Under the pieces are notes generated by a model. That model was not told the DNA's origin, searched no databases, and worked only from the letters and a program-made list of their open reading frames with translations. 64,000 nucleotides of DNA from Octopus sinensis (taxonomy: Eukaryota). The DNA is taken from the NCBI RefSeq assembly GCF_006345805.1, contig NC_043020.1:13826001-13890000 (forward strand), in the 5' to 3' direction. Position 1 is the stretch's first letter; every line of letters begins with the position of its first letter. Shown here one piece after another: positions 15,076-28,270 of this stretch. A program made the translations under genes and the position numbers.

Positions 15076-16977
15076 CGCAATCCTCATTTTATTCTGACAA
15101 GTTCCTGTTGGAACCATTCAGTTTAATGAATGTTCTCAATCAAGACTACAAGTTGGTAAATTACTTTGCCATAAACATCTTCTAAATATCAATGCTTCAA
15201 TTTGCTTCCTTTATTTTCTTATGAAGAATTTTTGTCGTTTTTTTTTTTTTTCCTGCTGCTAAATATAAAGAATGGTTTTGTTGCTCTTTGAATTATTTTC
15301 CTTTTTTTTTTTTTTAATTAATTTGTCTGTGTAATTACTGAGTGTAAACTTTACATATCGGCTTCTCTTGTAGTAATCAGAAACAATATCAATACAACTC
15401 TATTTATCCCCCACCACATAGATCTATAAAACTCTAGGATCTATTCTGTTTGGCTGCACCAGTGGAAATTTCAGAGTTTAGTGAAAAATAAAAAATTTAG
15501 TGTATTGATGTAATTTTCCATGCTGAATCTCAGGAGAGATGTAACTTTTTCCAGAAAATTTTTTTTAAAAACGTTACAGAGGTTTAAAGTTTGATTATTT
15601 TAACCCAGTCAGAAAACAAGATTTGAAGCTATCATTTTGTGCATGACAGCACATGCTGTCAACTGTAAACAAATAAAATATTGGCAGAATTCAGGTTTAT
15701 GCATGCCATATATATACATATCTTAACTTTTTTTTTCTGAAGTTTTCATAACATTTTTGCAAGTTTGTATTCTACACACAAGAATTCATACAATTACGCA
15801 AAAACCAAAAAAAATTTCATTTTTTTTTTTTGGTATGTGATTTAAGGTGTATTAAACTATTAGTTTTAGCACATCTCACAACTACCATTTAATAAGCAAA
15901 AATGTCTGTGAGTAAGCAGATTGGTATCAGCTTAGCTTGTTACTATGGAAATGGGCATGAATGTGTCTGTGACTTACAATGAGCTAAAATTACCCAAAAT
16001 TTGCAAACTTTAAAACCTATTAATTCTTTATTGATTTATGGTGAAAATGAATTTCATGTCAGTGATTACCATACAAAACTACATCATTACACCTAATATA
16101 AAATCGAGTGGAACAGAAATTGAAAAGTGTCAGCCTAACAGAAAAGATTCAAACTCTAGCATTTACTTTCTCTGTATATTGTAGTGAAAAAAACAGTTGA
16201 ATTAAATCTCATATTTATTTTTGTTTTTAACTTTTCTATTTCCTGGGAAACAAACTTATTCAACGGACCCCTTGTTAACAGTCACTGTAATTTCTCTCTG
16301 ATTCATATTAATTAAAGGGTTAACGAGAAATACTCTTTGCAACCAGGTATTTTATAAATTACTTTCAAGACTTTGTGTATACTTTTTTCCTTGAGGAAAA
16401 CCCAGTTCACTCCATTTTTGTTCTACATAGTTTGTGGTGTGACTTTACAAGTTTTTCAAATGAATAAAGCAACCAAGGATTTTAAAAGCAATACCTTTAT
16501 ATTTCAGGATTTCCTTCAACATTTGCTACTTCCTGTGACAATTGTATATGATTCCTCCACGTCTCAAACACCTTTGCATCTGAAATTGGTCCCTTTTTTT
16601 TTTGTGGGTTTTTTTATTCTTTTTTTGCCTTTTTTTCTTTATCAGTTGAGCCAACTTCAGAGTTTCATTCTTGTTGAAAGATGTACAAAATCAGAGCCAG
16701 GTAAACCTGGCTCTGATTTACCTACCAGGTAAATCTGGCAAAGCTAAATACGCTAAAGTTTAGAACCTCAATCCAAGAAGTGGCCACAGAATTCAAGAAT
16801 TATCATTATTATTATTATTATTATTACAGGTATGTTGATACAAACAGGAAAACTAGAACTCAAAATATTTTTATTAATATTTAGCAGAAGCAACAGAGTG
16901 AGTCAAGGTCCAAGAGTTTCGTGTGTTGCTACTGTTAAATATTAATAAAAATATACATTATTTTTATTATTATTATT

Positions 16978-17327
16978 GAGTGAGAGAGCAGTGCATGCCA
17001 TCAAAGTGACACTGGGGTAAAATATACGAAGCCCAGTATACCCATCATGACTACCCGTCTGATAAGGGTGCACTAGGCACATGCATCACAACCATATGTG
17101 CGCGACATGGTGATCTCATATCAAAATAAACAGCACATGACCTTGCAGGTGGGGCCCAGTTAGAATTTTCTTCAGGTCGAGTAACCCATCCCACTCGAAA
17201 GGTCCCTGAATAAGGGTTGTTTAAGGATGTTGAATGAAACACCCATGTTTCCAGAGATGAATTATTCAAACCCCAAAGAATCCCTCTCAACACACAGCTA
17301 TGATGCTCCCCCACTACTTCTGCTCTA
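16978..17327 (-). mobile_element. Interspersed repeat family F (non-LTR retroposon-like, (AAT)n tail)
   Basis: Near-identical to 49335-49615 and 51389-51865; an opposite-orientation piece lies at about 23060-23200. Confidence 0.75.
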
Positions 17328-17414
17328 TTATTTGACATTCATAACAATTTTTCTTTTTTTTATAATTTATATTTAAATGATAATTTCACTCAATTAATAT
17401 TAACAAATTATCAA

Positions 17415-17760
17415 ACAGGCTGAATGGATGCTACTGAAAAATGCTGTGAATGGCACCAAATGGGAAATGACAGCAACATATGACACACAAATGTCTTTAC
17501 GGAGGATCTTCCAAAAGACGGACGAGACTATCTGGTCACTGCATGTACCACCCTGACCTGGAAGCATCCAAATTAGTCTTGTGGAACCCACTTTAAGAAG
17601 AGGAAAACATCATCACATTTACTTCAACTTTGTTGTAGATACCGGTCTGGAATATATGCAGGACCTTGAGGCAGTGATGATGGACTGAGAAGTGTGGCAG
17701 GTAGACTTTGTTGCTGCAGCCTATGTTGGAACTTGGCCATAATAATAATAATAATAATAA
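17415..17760 (+). mobile_element. Decayed RTE-clade LINE 3' fragment
   Basis: RLNGCY..., RRTRLSGHCMYHPDLEASKLVLWNP, DTGLEYMQDLEAVMMD; (TAA)n tail. Confidence 0.65.
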
Positions 17761-17924
17761 TCAGCGCAGGAGTGGCTGTGTGGTAAGTAGCTTGTTTACC
17801 GACCGCATGGTTCTGGGTTCAGTCCCACTGCGTGGCACCTTGGGCAAGTGTCTTCTACTATAGCCTCGGGCCGACCAAAGCCTTGTGAGTGGATTTGGTA
17901 GACGGAAACTGAAAGAAGCCTGTC

Positions 17925-17974
<50 letters not shown>

Positions 17975-18174
17975 GTGTCTGTGTTTGTCCCCCCTAGCAT
18001 TGCTTGACAACCGATGCTGGTATGTTTATGTCCCCGTTACTTAGCGGTTCGGCAAAAGAGACCGATAGAATAAGTACTGGGCTTACAAAAGAATAAGTCC
18101 CGGGGTCGAGTTGCTCGATTAAAGGCGGTGCTCCAGCATGGCTGCAGTCAAATGACTGAAACAAGTAAAAGAGA

Positions 18175-18628
18175 GTTCTATATTTAAGAGATGAGGAATT
18201 ATGTACATTATTTATATTATTTACAATTGACGGATATTTGTCCTCATCTTGTTTATTGTTAATACAACATTTCGGCTGATATACCCTCCAGCCTTCATCA
18301 GGAGTCTTGGAGAAATTTCGAACCTAGGTTCTCATTCCTAAGGTATTTTTCGATGTTGTTGTTGTTGTTATTATTATTATTATCATTATTATTAAGGTCA
18401 CTGCCTGGAATCGAACTTGGAATCCTGAGGTTAGTAGCCCGCGCTCTTAACCCCAAGATTCCGAGTTCGATTCCAGGCAGTGACCTGAATAATAATAATA
18501 ATAATAATAACAACAACAACATCGAAAAATACCTTAGGAATGAGAACCCAGATTCGAAATTTCCTGAAACATTGTGTTAACAACAAACAAGATGAGGACA
18601 AATATCCGTCAAATGTAAATAATAATCA
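18175..18628. mobile_element. Head-to-head fold-back Penelope-like/tRNA-headed element
   Basis: About 170-bp inverted arms around 18440; B-box GTTCGATTCC on both arms; a second partial copy at 29093-29222. Confidence 0.75.
18261..18306 (-). ncRNA. Minimal type I hammerhead ribozyme motif (degenerate copy)
   Basis: Minus strand reads GACTC-CTGATGA-A-GGCTG(GAGGGTATAT)CAGCC-GAAA-T-GTT-GTATT. Confidence 0.6.
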
Positions 18629-18680
18629 AACTTAATTATTTACACAAGTTGATAGGATTTTATAATTTTATGAAAAGGCT

Positions 18681-19023
18681 TAGATATTAATCCTTGATAT
18701 TAATCCTTAGATATTAATCCTTAGATATTAATCCTTAGATATTAATCCTTAGATCTTAATCCTTGATATTAATCCTTAGATATTAACCCTTGATATTAAT
18801 CCTTAGATATTAATCCTTAGATCTTAATCCTTAGATATTAATCCTTGATATTAATCCTTAGATCTTAATCCTTGATATTAATCCTTAGATATTAACCCTT
18901 GATATTAATCCTTAGATCTTAATCCTTGATATTAATCCTTAGATATTAACCCTTGATATCAATCCTTAGATCTTAATCCTTAGATATTAACCCTTGATAT
19001 TAATCCTTAGATATTAATCCTTG
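18681..19023. repeat. 14/15-bp minisatellite (GATATTAATCCTT[A])n
   Basis: More than 20 tandem units seen directly. Confidence 0.95.
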
Positions 19024-20408
19024 CCCTTCTCCTTTTGTCCCTTCTTCTCTCCTTCAGGAATTTGTTGTGCATTCTGGCACCATTCGTGGCCCTGTTCTGT
19101 TATTACTCACCCATATCCTCTGTAAGATCCCTTTAGTTTAAGGTCCCCACCTTGTCCTAATGTGGTCCTAGTCACATGATCATAATACCCCCTTGTTTCT
19201 ATAAGTTGCTTTATACTTAATGCTATGGCAATACCCACTTCCTCCCTCACACACACACACACACGCACACATATAATGACAAATATGCATACATATGAAA
19301 TATAGACACACATGCATGTTAGGAAGGGCATCCAGCTGTAGAAACATTGCCAGATCAGACTGGGCCTGGTGCAGCCTTCTGGCTTCCCAGACCCCAGCTG
19401 AACTGTCCAACCCATGCTAGCATGGAAAGCGGACGCTAAACGATGAAGATGATACACAATACAGACATCCACACATCTGATAATAAACATTCTTACATAC
19501 AATATAGACAATCATGTACAATCATGTATAGGCGCAGGAGTGGCTGTGTGGTAAGTAGCTTGCTAACCAACCACATGGTTCCGGGTTCAGTCCCACTGCG
19601 TGGCATCTTGGGCAAGTGTCTTCTGCTATAGCCCCGGGCCGACCAATGCCTTGTGAGTGGATTTGGTAGACGGAAACTGAAAGAAGCCTGTCGTATATAT
19701 ATGTATGTATATATATATGTATGTATGTTTGTTTGTGTGTCTGTCCCCCTAGCATTGCTTGACAACCGATGCTGGTGTGTTTATGTCCCCGTTACTTAGC
19801 GGTTCGGCAAAAGTGACCGATAGAATAAGTACTGGGCTTACAAAATGAATAAGTCCCGGGGTCGAGTTGCTCGATTAAAGGCGGTGCTCCAGCATGGCCA
19901 CAGTCAAATGACTGAAAAGAGTAAAAGAGTATATGGAGACACACACACACACACACACACACCAAAGTAATATGAATATATATCATTCCGAATTAATCTT
20001 CATTTAACCATTTGTCTTGTTCAAAATAACTCTTATCTGTAATTGTAATTGCCAAATATTTCAGTTTCTACAGTTTGTGTCATTAAAAATAATAATAATA
20101 GTAATAATGATAATGATAATAACAACAATGATGGTAAATCAATTCCTTTGAAGGATATTAAGGTTCTCCTGTTTGCTTGTCTTTTAAAACCAAATATTTC
20201 TTAGTTGGCTTTCCAGAACATTTAAAGAAATTAGTTTCAGTTTTAGAACTTAAAACCATATCCTGTTATTGTGTTCCATCAACCCTGCCATCAACACCTT
20301 TTGATTGTATTAAACACATTAAGGGCTTCAGGGGCACTTGTCATTCAGTATAAAACACAAACCTGTTAGATAGTCTAGGTCCACTGCAAGTTTTAAAAAT
20401 AATAATAA

Positions 20409-20804
20409 CTAGCAGTATCGCCCGGTGTTGCTCAGGTTTGTAAGGGAAATAACTATATAAGCATTTTTAGAGATGTAAAGTATAATAGCTATCTCAATAT
20501 GGCTAACCACAAAGGGGGGGTGTTACTGTAGCTTTTTACGTTCTGATTTTAATAATAAATTTTTAGAGAGTTACTTCCTTTATATATGCCAAAAATGAAT
20601 TAAAAATGGGAAAAAATTGATGGTAAATTTTATTTTAAATCGTAGACTCATCGTAGATGCGCACTAATACCCAGAAGGGCTCGATATGAATCACGACTAT
20701 AAGATACCCGGTTTTGGTTAAACTGCACCGCAAAATGTGGGAGTAGTTAGGAATCTAAATCGTAGGAGACAGACAGAACACAACCTCACTTTTATATATA
20801 AAGA
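20409..20804 (-). mobile_element. Non-autonomous Helitron
   Basis: Minus strand A|TC...GC-rich subterminal segment...CTAG|T; inserted in an AT dinucleotide. Confidence 0.75.
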
Positions 20805-20829
20805 TTACACGTCATTCAATCACATCATG

Positions 20830-21452
20830 CTCCCTACGAAGACCTGGAAGTAGAGGTAATTCGGATGTGGAGTCTAAAAACAGAAACGATTCCTATCTTA
20901 GTAGGTGCATTAGGTATGGTAAAAAAAACATTCAGACAAATACATAACAAAAATACCAGGACTAACAAGTATATATGTACAGAAAATAGCACTACTAGGC
21001 ACCGCATACATTCTATGCAAAACACTTTCAATACAGTAAAAATAAGAGCATCACAACAAACCACAGCACATACCCAAGGCACACAGAGCTGCGCTCAAAA
21101 GTGCAGTGAAAACATGTGATAACAATAAGACTACTGAATAATAATAAAATACCTGTTGTCATAGGTGCCCTGGGAATGATAGCGAAAGGGGCTGATTGCT
21201 ACCTAACTCAGATACCAGGAAACCCCAAAATGGCAGAAATTCAAAAGATAGTGCTCATGGGAACCTCTCATATCCTACGCAAAATACTTTTTTTTTTTAG
21301 ACATTCACTAGTACAACACCAAAAACAAAACAAATATATGGCACACTAGGCATAACAACAACGTGAACTTCCAACCTGTTGTCTCTTGAGGTCTCTGGGT
21401 GAGACTTGGAGCCAACTTGTACAAATATAAAGCATAAGTCAAGCATAGAATG

Positions 21453-21460
<8 letters not shown>
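20830..21460 (+). mobile_element. Two 3' fragments of RLE-type (R4/Dong/HERO-like) LINEs
   Basis: YEDLEVEVIRMWSLKTETIPILVGALG and IPVVIGALG...QKIVLMGTSHILRKIL; (TAA)n tail. Confidence 0.75.
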
Positions 21461-21492
<32 letters not shown>

Positions 21493-23204
21493 GATAAAGA
21501 AAATTAAGCTGGAGTTTGGAACATAAATTAACATAAAATTTTGTTTGGCGTGGGGGTTAATTGAGATCTCTTTAAAACCTGAAGCTTGTATTGGAGAAGC
21601 AAAGGCAGTGTCAGGTAAATTGATTATCAAAAAGATTAAAAAAGAAAAGAATTACTCTTTATAAAGTAGAAACGTAGTTTTTGTAGGGGAGAGTTTATAG
21701 CTAATCAAGGCCTAATATATTGCTGTATTACTGGTACTTCTGTGTTCTCCTTTTAGAGAGCTATAAAAAAAAGGGCTACTCTGGAAAATAATAATAATGT
21801 TATGATAAAAATTTCTAAGGTGAACGTCTTGGAAGTTGTATCATTCATGCCTTTTTCTAAGGTCATACCTCTGCTAATGACCCTCCAATAATTTGTAATG
21901 TGGTTCTCTCTCTGATTAGATGGTTCTAAAATAATTTATGTCAATTAAACTAATTAACAAAAATTCAAATGGTTTTTTTGGGGTTTTTTTTTTTTCGAAA
22001 CAGAGCTTTTTAATTTCAATTTTACTAATTATTTTCTTTGTAAAATAAAATCATTATCTTCATTTTCCCATCAAATTTGGGCTCACACACACATACAAAC
22101 ACACACACATATCAACCACACACATACACCCACACATGCATGACTATATCGATCATGAAGGAAAACTTCAAGTTCCTCTGTTTTGTTTTTGTTTTGTTTT
22201 CAACCCAGGCCAGTAACATGGTAATTCATGTCTAAATATTGTAATAAATAAATATGTCAACATTTACGACCAACAAACACAATAATTCAACATTGAAAAC
22301 CACTTTTCAATCATTTTCAATTAATTTGTAGTCTTTTGCGAGTGTTTTGCGTTTTACTCATTATTCATTAATATCACATCTATTGCTTTGGTACCTTCTG
22401 TTGCCATGATACTTACTGTTGCTATGGTACCTTCTGTTGCTATGATACTTCCTGTTGTTATTTTGTGTCCAGCTATTGTTGCAGTATCTTTTGTTATTGC
22501 ATTTTCAGTTACCATTTCAATGTCTACTGCTGCTAGGTCCTGGTTCCTTTAAAAGTAAGAAATAGGGAAACTCTCGTCCAATTTTAACCCTCAAAAAACA
22601 TGTTGCCCTTGTTGAGTATTTCTCCAAAGGGGGCGGAGGATTTCTGGGTTCATAATAATAATAATAACACTAGCAATATCATTTTTCAAAATATTGGGTT
22701 TTAAATTAAAAATCCCTGTTGATGGAAGAAAATACAGGCTGCCCATTTCTATCAAGAGGGGTTTTTTTGATGGTGGTAAAGAATACATACACCACCTGTT
22801 TCCGGCGTAACAAAAACTCTGACCCTAACCCCTAACCCTAAACACCAGGTGTACATATTCTTTACTTGCACTGTTTTTTTTTTGTTTTTTCACCCAATAT
22901 TTGGTTAAAGAAGGAAAACAGTAATATCAACTTTGAGTTCCACCACTAAAAACTATTTATTTCACATCTTATGATGTAAATAATAATAATAATGATAATA
23001 AACAATAATAATAATAATGTACCCTGATGCAGTACCAGGTAGTGGTTCTTATGGCTTTTGATCTTAACTAATTGGAAATGTTATCATGTACATGTTTTGT
23101 CTTGGTATCAAAGATGGGCTACAGTAAATATTCTGCTCAATACCACAGATTTGCTTGACCTTAACCAGTTGAGCATGTCCCTTAGCAGCTGATGACTTTT
23201 GTGT

Positions 23205-23465
23205 CTCTGATCACAAGTTGTGCCTACAATAATTGGTGCATTAGGAACTGTGACTAATGATACAGACAAATTGTTGAAGGAGATTGGAATGGAATGTCTT
23301 GTAGTGCTTCTACAGAAGGTTTGCCTCTTAGGAACAAGAAAGATTATCAGAAGGGTTTTGAGCGCTTGAAAAATTATTGAAAGCTTGTGGATATCTCTAA
23401 GCTTACAGGTAGTAATTTGCTACTCCCACATAGATTCTACCAGGAATAAGACCAAACCTGAGTCA
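23205..23465 (+). mobile_element. Third RLE-type LINE 3' fragment
   Basis: VPTIIGALGTV...LQKVCLLGTRKIIRRVLSA*. Confidence 0.7.
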
Positions 23466-24149
23466 ATTAAAATGTTGATAATGATAATTGTCTCAGAACC
23501 ATCACCGTTCCATAACAATCCAATTGGCAACAATAGACTTCCTCTTTCATGAAGTTTTCACCATTTTCTACATTTAAGTGGAATCCTGATTCTGGAAGAA
23601 CTGCTACCGATGGTTTTCTAGATCTGTTGGGAGGGGGGAGGGGCGCACACACACACACACACACAATACCAAATTTCAATTATTTCTCAATTCTCCACCA
23701 ACCGTCAACATTTGATTACTTTAAAAGGAGTTGGTTATTTTTCTTGATAGTATATATTTTTGAATAATTTCTTTTAAATAATTATATAACCACGAGGCTT
23801 TTTAACTGGTTATCATTTCATGCTTTTTTTTTAAATTTTTTATTTTATTTATTTATTTTTTTTTTGCAGTGTCCATAATTATAATCCTCACTGAAACTAA
23901 CTTATTAAGAAGGTGATGAGTTTGGCAGAATTGTTAGCATGCTGGGCAAAATACTTTGCAGCATTTCAGTATCTGTCTTCACATTCTGAGTTCAAATTCT
24001 GCTGAGGTCGATTTTACCGTTCATCCTTTTCGGGGGCGGGGGTCAATAAAATAAGTACCAGATGAATACTAGGGTCGATGTAATTATTGACTTACCACCT
24101 CCCCCAAAGTTGCTGGCCTTGTGCCAAAATTTGAAACCATCACTACTAC

Positions 24150-24184
<35 letters not shown>

Positions 24185-24786
24185 TATTATTAGTGCTGGT
24201 GGAGAGTTGAGCCTATACGCCTCGCAGTATTTAGTCTCAACCCTTCATCTTCCAAGTTCAAAATCCTTCCAGAGGTCATCTCGAAAAGTACCAGTAATAT
24301 ACTGGTTTCACTGAAATCAACTACATTGCTCCTTCCCCCTCCCCCTCTATAACAAATCTGTCCTCGTGCCTAGTCAAAAGAAAGGAATGTTATTGTTATT
24401 ATTATTATAACAAAAGAAATCATCACCATCATCATCATTATTATTATTATGTGTGTCAGTGATAGTATTATTGGGTGTATTAGTATTAGTTGTAATATTA
24501 GTAGTATTAGTAGCAATTCAAATTTAAAAAAAAAAACCCTTCTTTGTTCATTCTTTTATGTTCCAGTGTAGCGGTATTTTGTCCCAATATTTCTAGGATT
24601 TCTGGACAACAAAAATTACTACCTGTGACAGGAAGATCGTGTATTTTTTCTCATTACCAATTTGGTAAATATTTCCTTGGAAACAGCAAAATGTTTTGGA
24701 CCATTCTCTTTCTTTGAAATCTTGTAATATAGTTTCTTCAGGTTATCTTTTACTAAAATTACCAACAAAATGGAAATCATTTTAGG

Positions 24787-24825
<39 letters not shown>

Positions 24826-25379
24826 ATTATTATTATTATTATTAATATTATTATTATTTTCTCATTGCCTGATGAAACTGTGGGAATCTAAAATTGTTTC
24901 TATGAAAACAAAAACAAAAAAAAAAGAGGGAAAAAAAATTCATTATTCATTTTAATTTTATTTAAATAAATAAAAAAATGAATTTGTGTTTAAGTAAAAA
25001 AAAAAAAGGAAAAAATTGTTAGAGAGGGGGAAAAGAAAGAAAAGAAGTAACCCCCCCAAAATATATAAAATAACAGAAAATATAATTGTTAGGAATATTT
25101 TAATTCTGGTGTAATTAATTGTATTGCAATTAATGATAATTGTTTCAAAACTTATATTTTGTTGTAGCAAGTTCAGTGTGTTTATTTGTTTTGTTTCATT
25201 TTGTTTTTTTGTTTATTTTTGATGTTTGTTAATTTTTTTTTTCTGTTTTTTATTTCATGCAAATATAAAACTTGTATTAGAAAAACACGGTTTGTCTTGT
25301 TCATTTTTCTATTTTTTGTTAATGAATTACAGTTTTTATATATATTCTTTTCTACTTTAGGCCCAAGGATTGAAATTTT

Positions 25380-26262
25380 GATCGATCCCAGTATACAACT
25401 GGTACTTAATTTATAAACTCTGAAAGGATGAAAGGCAAAGTCGACCTTGGCAGAATTTGAACTCAGAACATAAAGACAGATGAAATACCTATTTCTTTAT
25501 TACCCACAAGGGGCTAAACACAGAGGGGACAAACAAGGACAGACAAACTTATTAAGTCTATTACATCGACCCCAGTGCGTAACTGGTACTTATTTAATCG
25601 ACCCCAAAAGGATGAAAGGCAAAGTCAACCTCGGCGGAATTTGAACTCAAGACATAAAGACAGATGAAATACCTATTTCTTTATTACCCACAAGGAGCTA
25701 AACACAGAGGGGACAAACAAGGACAGACAAACTTATTAAGTCTATTACATCGACCCCAGTGTGTAACTGGTACTTATTTAATCGACCCAAAAGGATGAAA
25801 GGCAAAGTCAACCTCGGCAGAATTTGAACTCAAGACATAAAGACAGATGAAATACCTATTTCTTTATTACCCACAAGGGGCTAAACATAGAGGTGACAAA
25901 CAAAAACAGACATAGGTACTAAGTCGATTACATCGACCCCAGTGCGTAACTGATACTTATTTAATCGACTCCAAAAGGATGAAAGGCAAAGTCGACCTCG
26001 GCGGAATTTGAACTCAAGACATGAAGACAGATGAAATACCTATTTCTTTATTACCCACAAGGGGCTAAACATAGAGGTGACAAACAAAAACAGACACAGG
26101 TACTAAGTCGATTACATCAACCCCAGTGCGTAACTGGTACTTATTTAATCGACCCCAAAAGGATGAAAGGCAAAGTCGACCTCGGTGGAATTTGAACTCA
26201 GAACATAAACACAGATGAAATACTGCTAAGCATTTTGACTAGTGTGCTAACGTTTCTGCCAG
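25380..26262 (-). repeat. SINE family A pentamer (183-184-bp units, only the first with a head)
   Basis: Junctions at about 25486, 25670, 25853 and 26037. Confidence 0.9.
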
Positions 26263-27420
26263 TTTTTATATATATTAAGGCCCAGGTGTTGTTTGCTCAA
26301 CAAGTCTTCACAACCATGTGTTCGCTGGTTCAGTCCCACTGCAGGACACTATTGAGGATTTTATATAATGTGGTTGGTGTTAGGAAGGGCATCCAGCTGT
26401 AGAAACCATGCCGAAACAGACAATCAGAGCCTGGGAAGCTCTTCAGCTGGTCAGCACCTGTCAAAGTGGCCAACTCATGCCAGCATGGAAAATGGACATT
26501 AAATGATAATGGTGGATCTCCTGATGTTCACTAATGCCTTGAGGATGAAGTTTGAGAGACAGAAACTATAGTGGAGCTAACACATGCATGTGTGTACATG
26601 AGTGTGTATGTGTGTTCATACATATGTGTATGTAATAAATATATATATCATATATATATATCATCATCTAACGTCTGTTTTCCATGCTAGCATGGGTTGG
26701 ACAGTTCGACCGGGGTCTGGTAAGCTATGGAGGCTGCACCAGGATCCAGTCTGATTTGGCAGTGTTTCTACAGCTGGATGCCCCTCCTAATGCCAACCAC
26801 TCCGTGACTGTAGTGGGTGTTTTTTACGTGCCACCGGCACAGGGACCAGCGCAGGCTGGCAAACGGCCACAATCGGTTGGTGCTTTTACGTGTCACCGAC
26901 ACGGACACCAGTCAGGCGACGCTGGTAACTGCCACGCTCGAACGGTGCTTTTACATGTCACCAGCACTGGTGTCTTAACTACAATTACCATTCGAATTTT
27001 TGATGTTGACGAATATATACATATACATATATATATATATATACATACATACATACATAAAATTTTAAATATAGGGTAAAAACTAAATATTAACCTTTTA
27101 CCAGTGGCCATCGTGAGTAAAAATCTCCGTAGGCTGCAAATATTATCATATTATGTGTGTATAAGAGTTATACACCGAGGGAAAGCCAAGCCACTAAGTG
27201 GTTTTCCATCATGCTAGAAATGGGAGTTAAATCCCAAACCATGAATAAGCTATTCTTATAGCTTTTTCATGGTTTGGGATTTAACACCCATTTCTAGCTC
27301 ACAAGGTTGTAATAGAAAATACTTGCCCATACAGTTGGGTCTGAACCCATAACATGTGGCTGGGAAGCAAGGTTCTTACCACGCTGCTACACCTGCCCCT
27401 ATATAAAAAAAAAACTGTTA

Positions 27421-27494
27421 GGCTACAGAAAGTTTCGAACTCACAATCTTCTGCATGTGAAGCAGACATGATAACCACTATAATATATCTGCAT
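27421..27494 (-). pseudogene. tRNA-Val(CAC)-like degenerate copy or SINE head
   Basis: TAGTGGTTATCA D-arm, perfect anticodon arm TCTGC-TTCACAT-GCAGA, GTTCGAAAC; T-stem and acceptor pairing imperfect. Confidence 0.5.
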
Positions 27495-27804
27495 TTGTGT
27501 CCCTTTTCTATTCAATGAACCTTGCTACCCATGTAATGAAGAAAAGCAATGAATTTGTCCACATTTAACTCCCTTCCTGCCACCATGCTCATCACCTCAG
27601 TGTCTGTGTAAGAAGAGATTGTAACAGATCTGCATCTTCTTGTCCCCTTTTTTATTCTACTAGCTATCACTTCCCTTCCGATAAGCCACACATTATTGAG
27701 GGAATGGAAATGATAGTGAGTAGTAGACCTTTAATATTGCTAGGAGTCCTTTTAGTAATATTAAAGGCCTCCAGGCAAATCAATCCACTGACCCCATTAC
27801 TATT

Positions 27805-28270
27805 TATTTAGCCACTGAATACATTATCAACCATCTTACAAACAATAACTCTGAGCACCTTTTCAAACTCCACCCGTCTGAAGGAATAAACCTTAGTCAG
27901 AACATCAGAAACTATAATTCAATGCATTCATTCACCCGTAGACATATTTACAAAGCCAGAAAACAGCACAGCTCCCATGACTTTAGGAAACATTTTTTCA
28001 CGCTGAGAGTTGCTGAAGCATGGAACAAACTGCCGGTATCAGTTGTTAGTTGTCGGAGCACTGCATCCTTCAAAACTTCCATGCTTTCTGAGATTCGCCA
28101 ACACTACACCTGATTTTCTCCCCTCCATACACACACAAGCATGTATCTGACTCATGCATTGTTCGCTTTCCAGACATTTGTACATTACTGCATGTACTTT
28201 ATACGCACTTTCTGACAAGTTGTGGTGCACCTGAGCACTGTATACAATAATTTCATTATTATTATTATTA
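27805..28270 (+). mobile_element. CR1-like LINE 3' end (family E)
   Basis: ...RKHFFTLRVAEAWNKLP...; (ATT)n tail; copies at 48928-49320 and about 50380-50880 (+) and 60960-61272 (-). Confidence 0.85.

Noticed and set aside
22820-22842. (CCCTAA)3 as an interstitial telomere
   Set aside because: Only three units inside a small inverted-repeat element.
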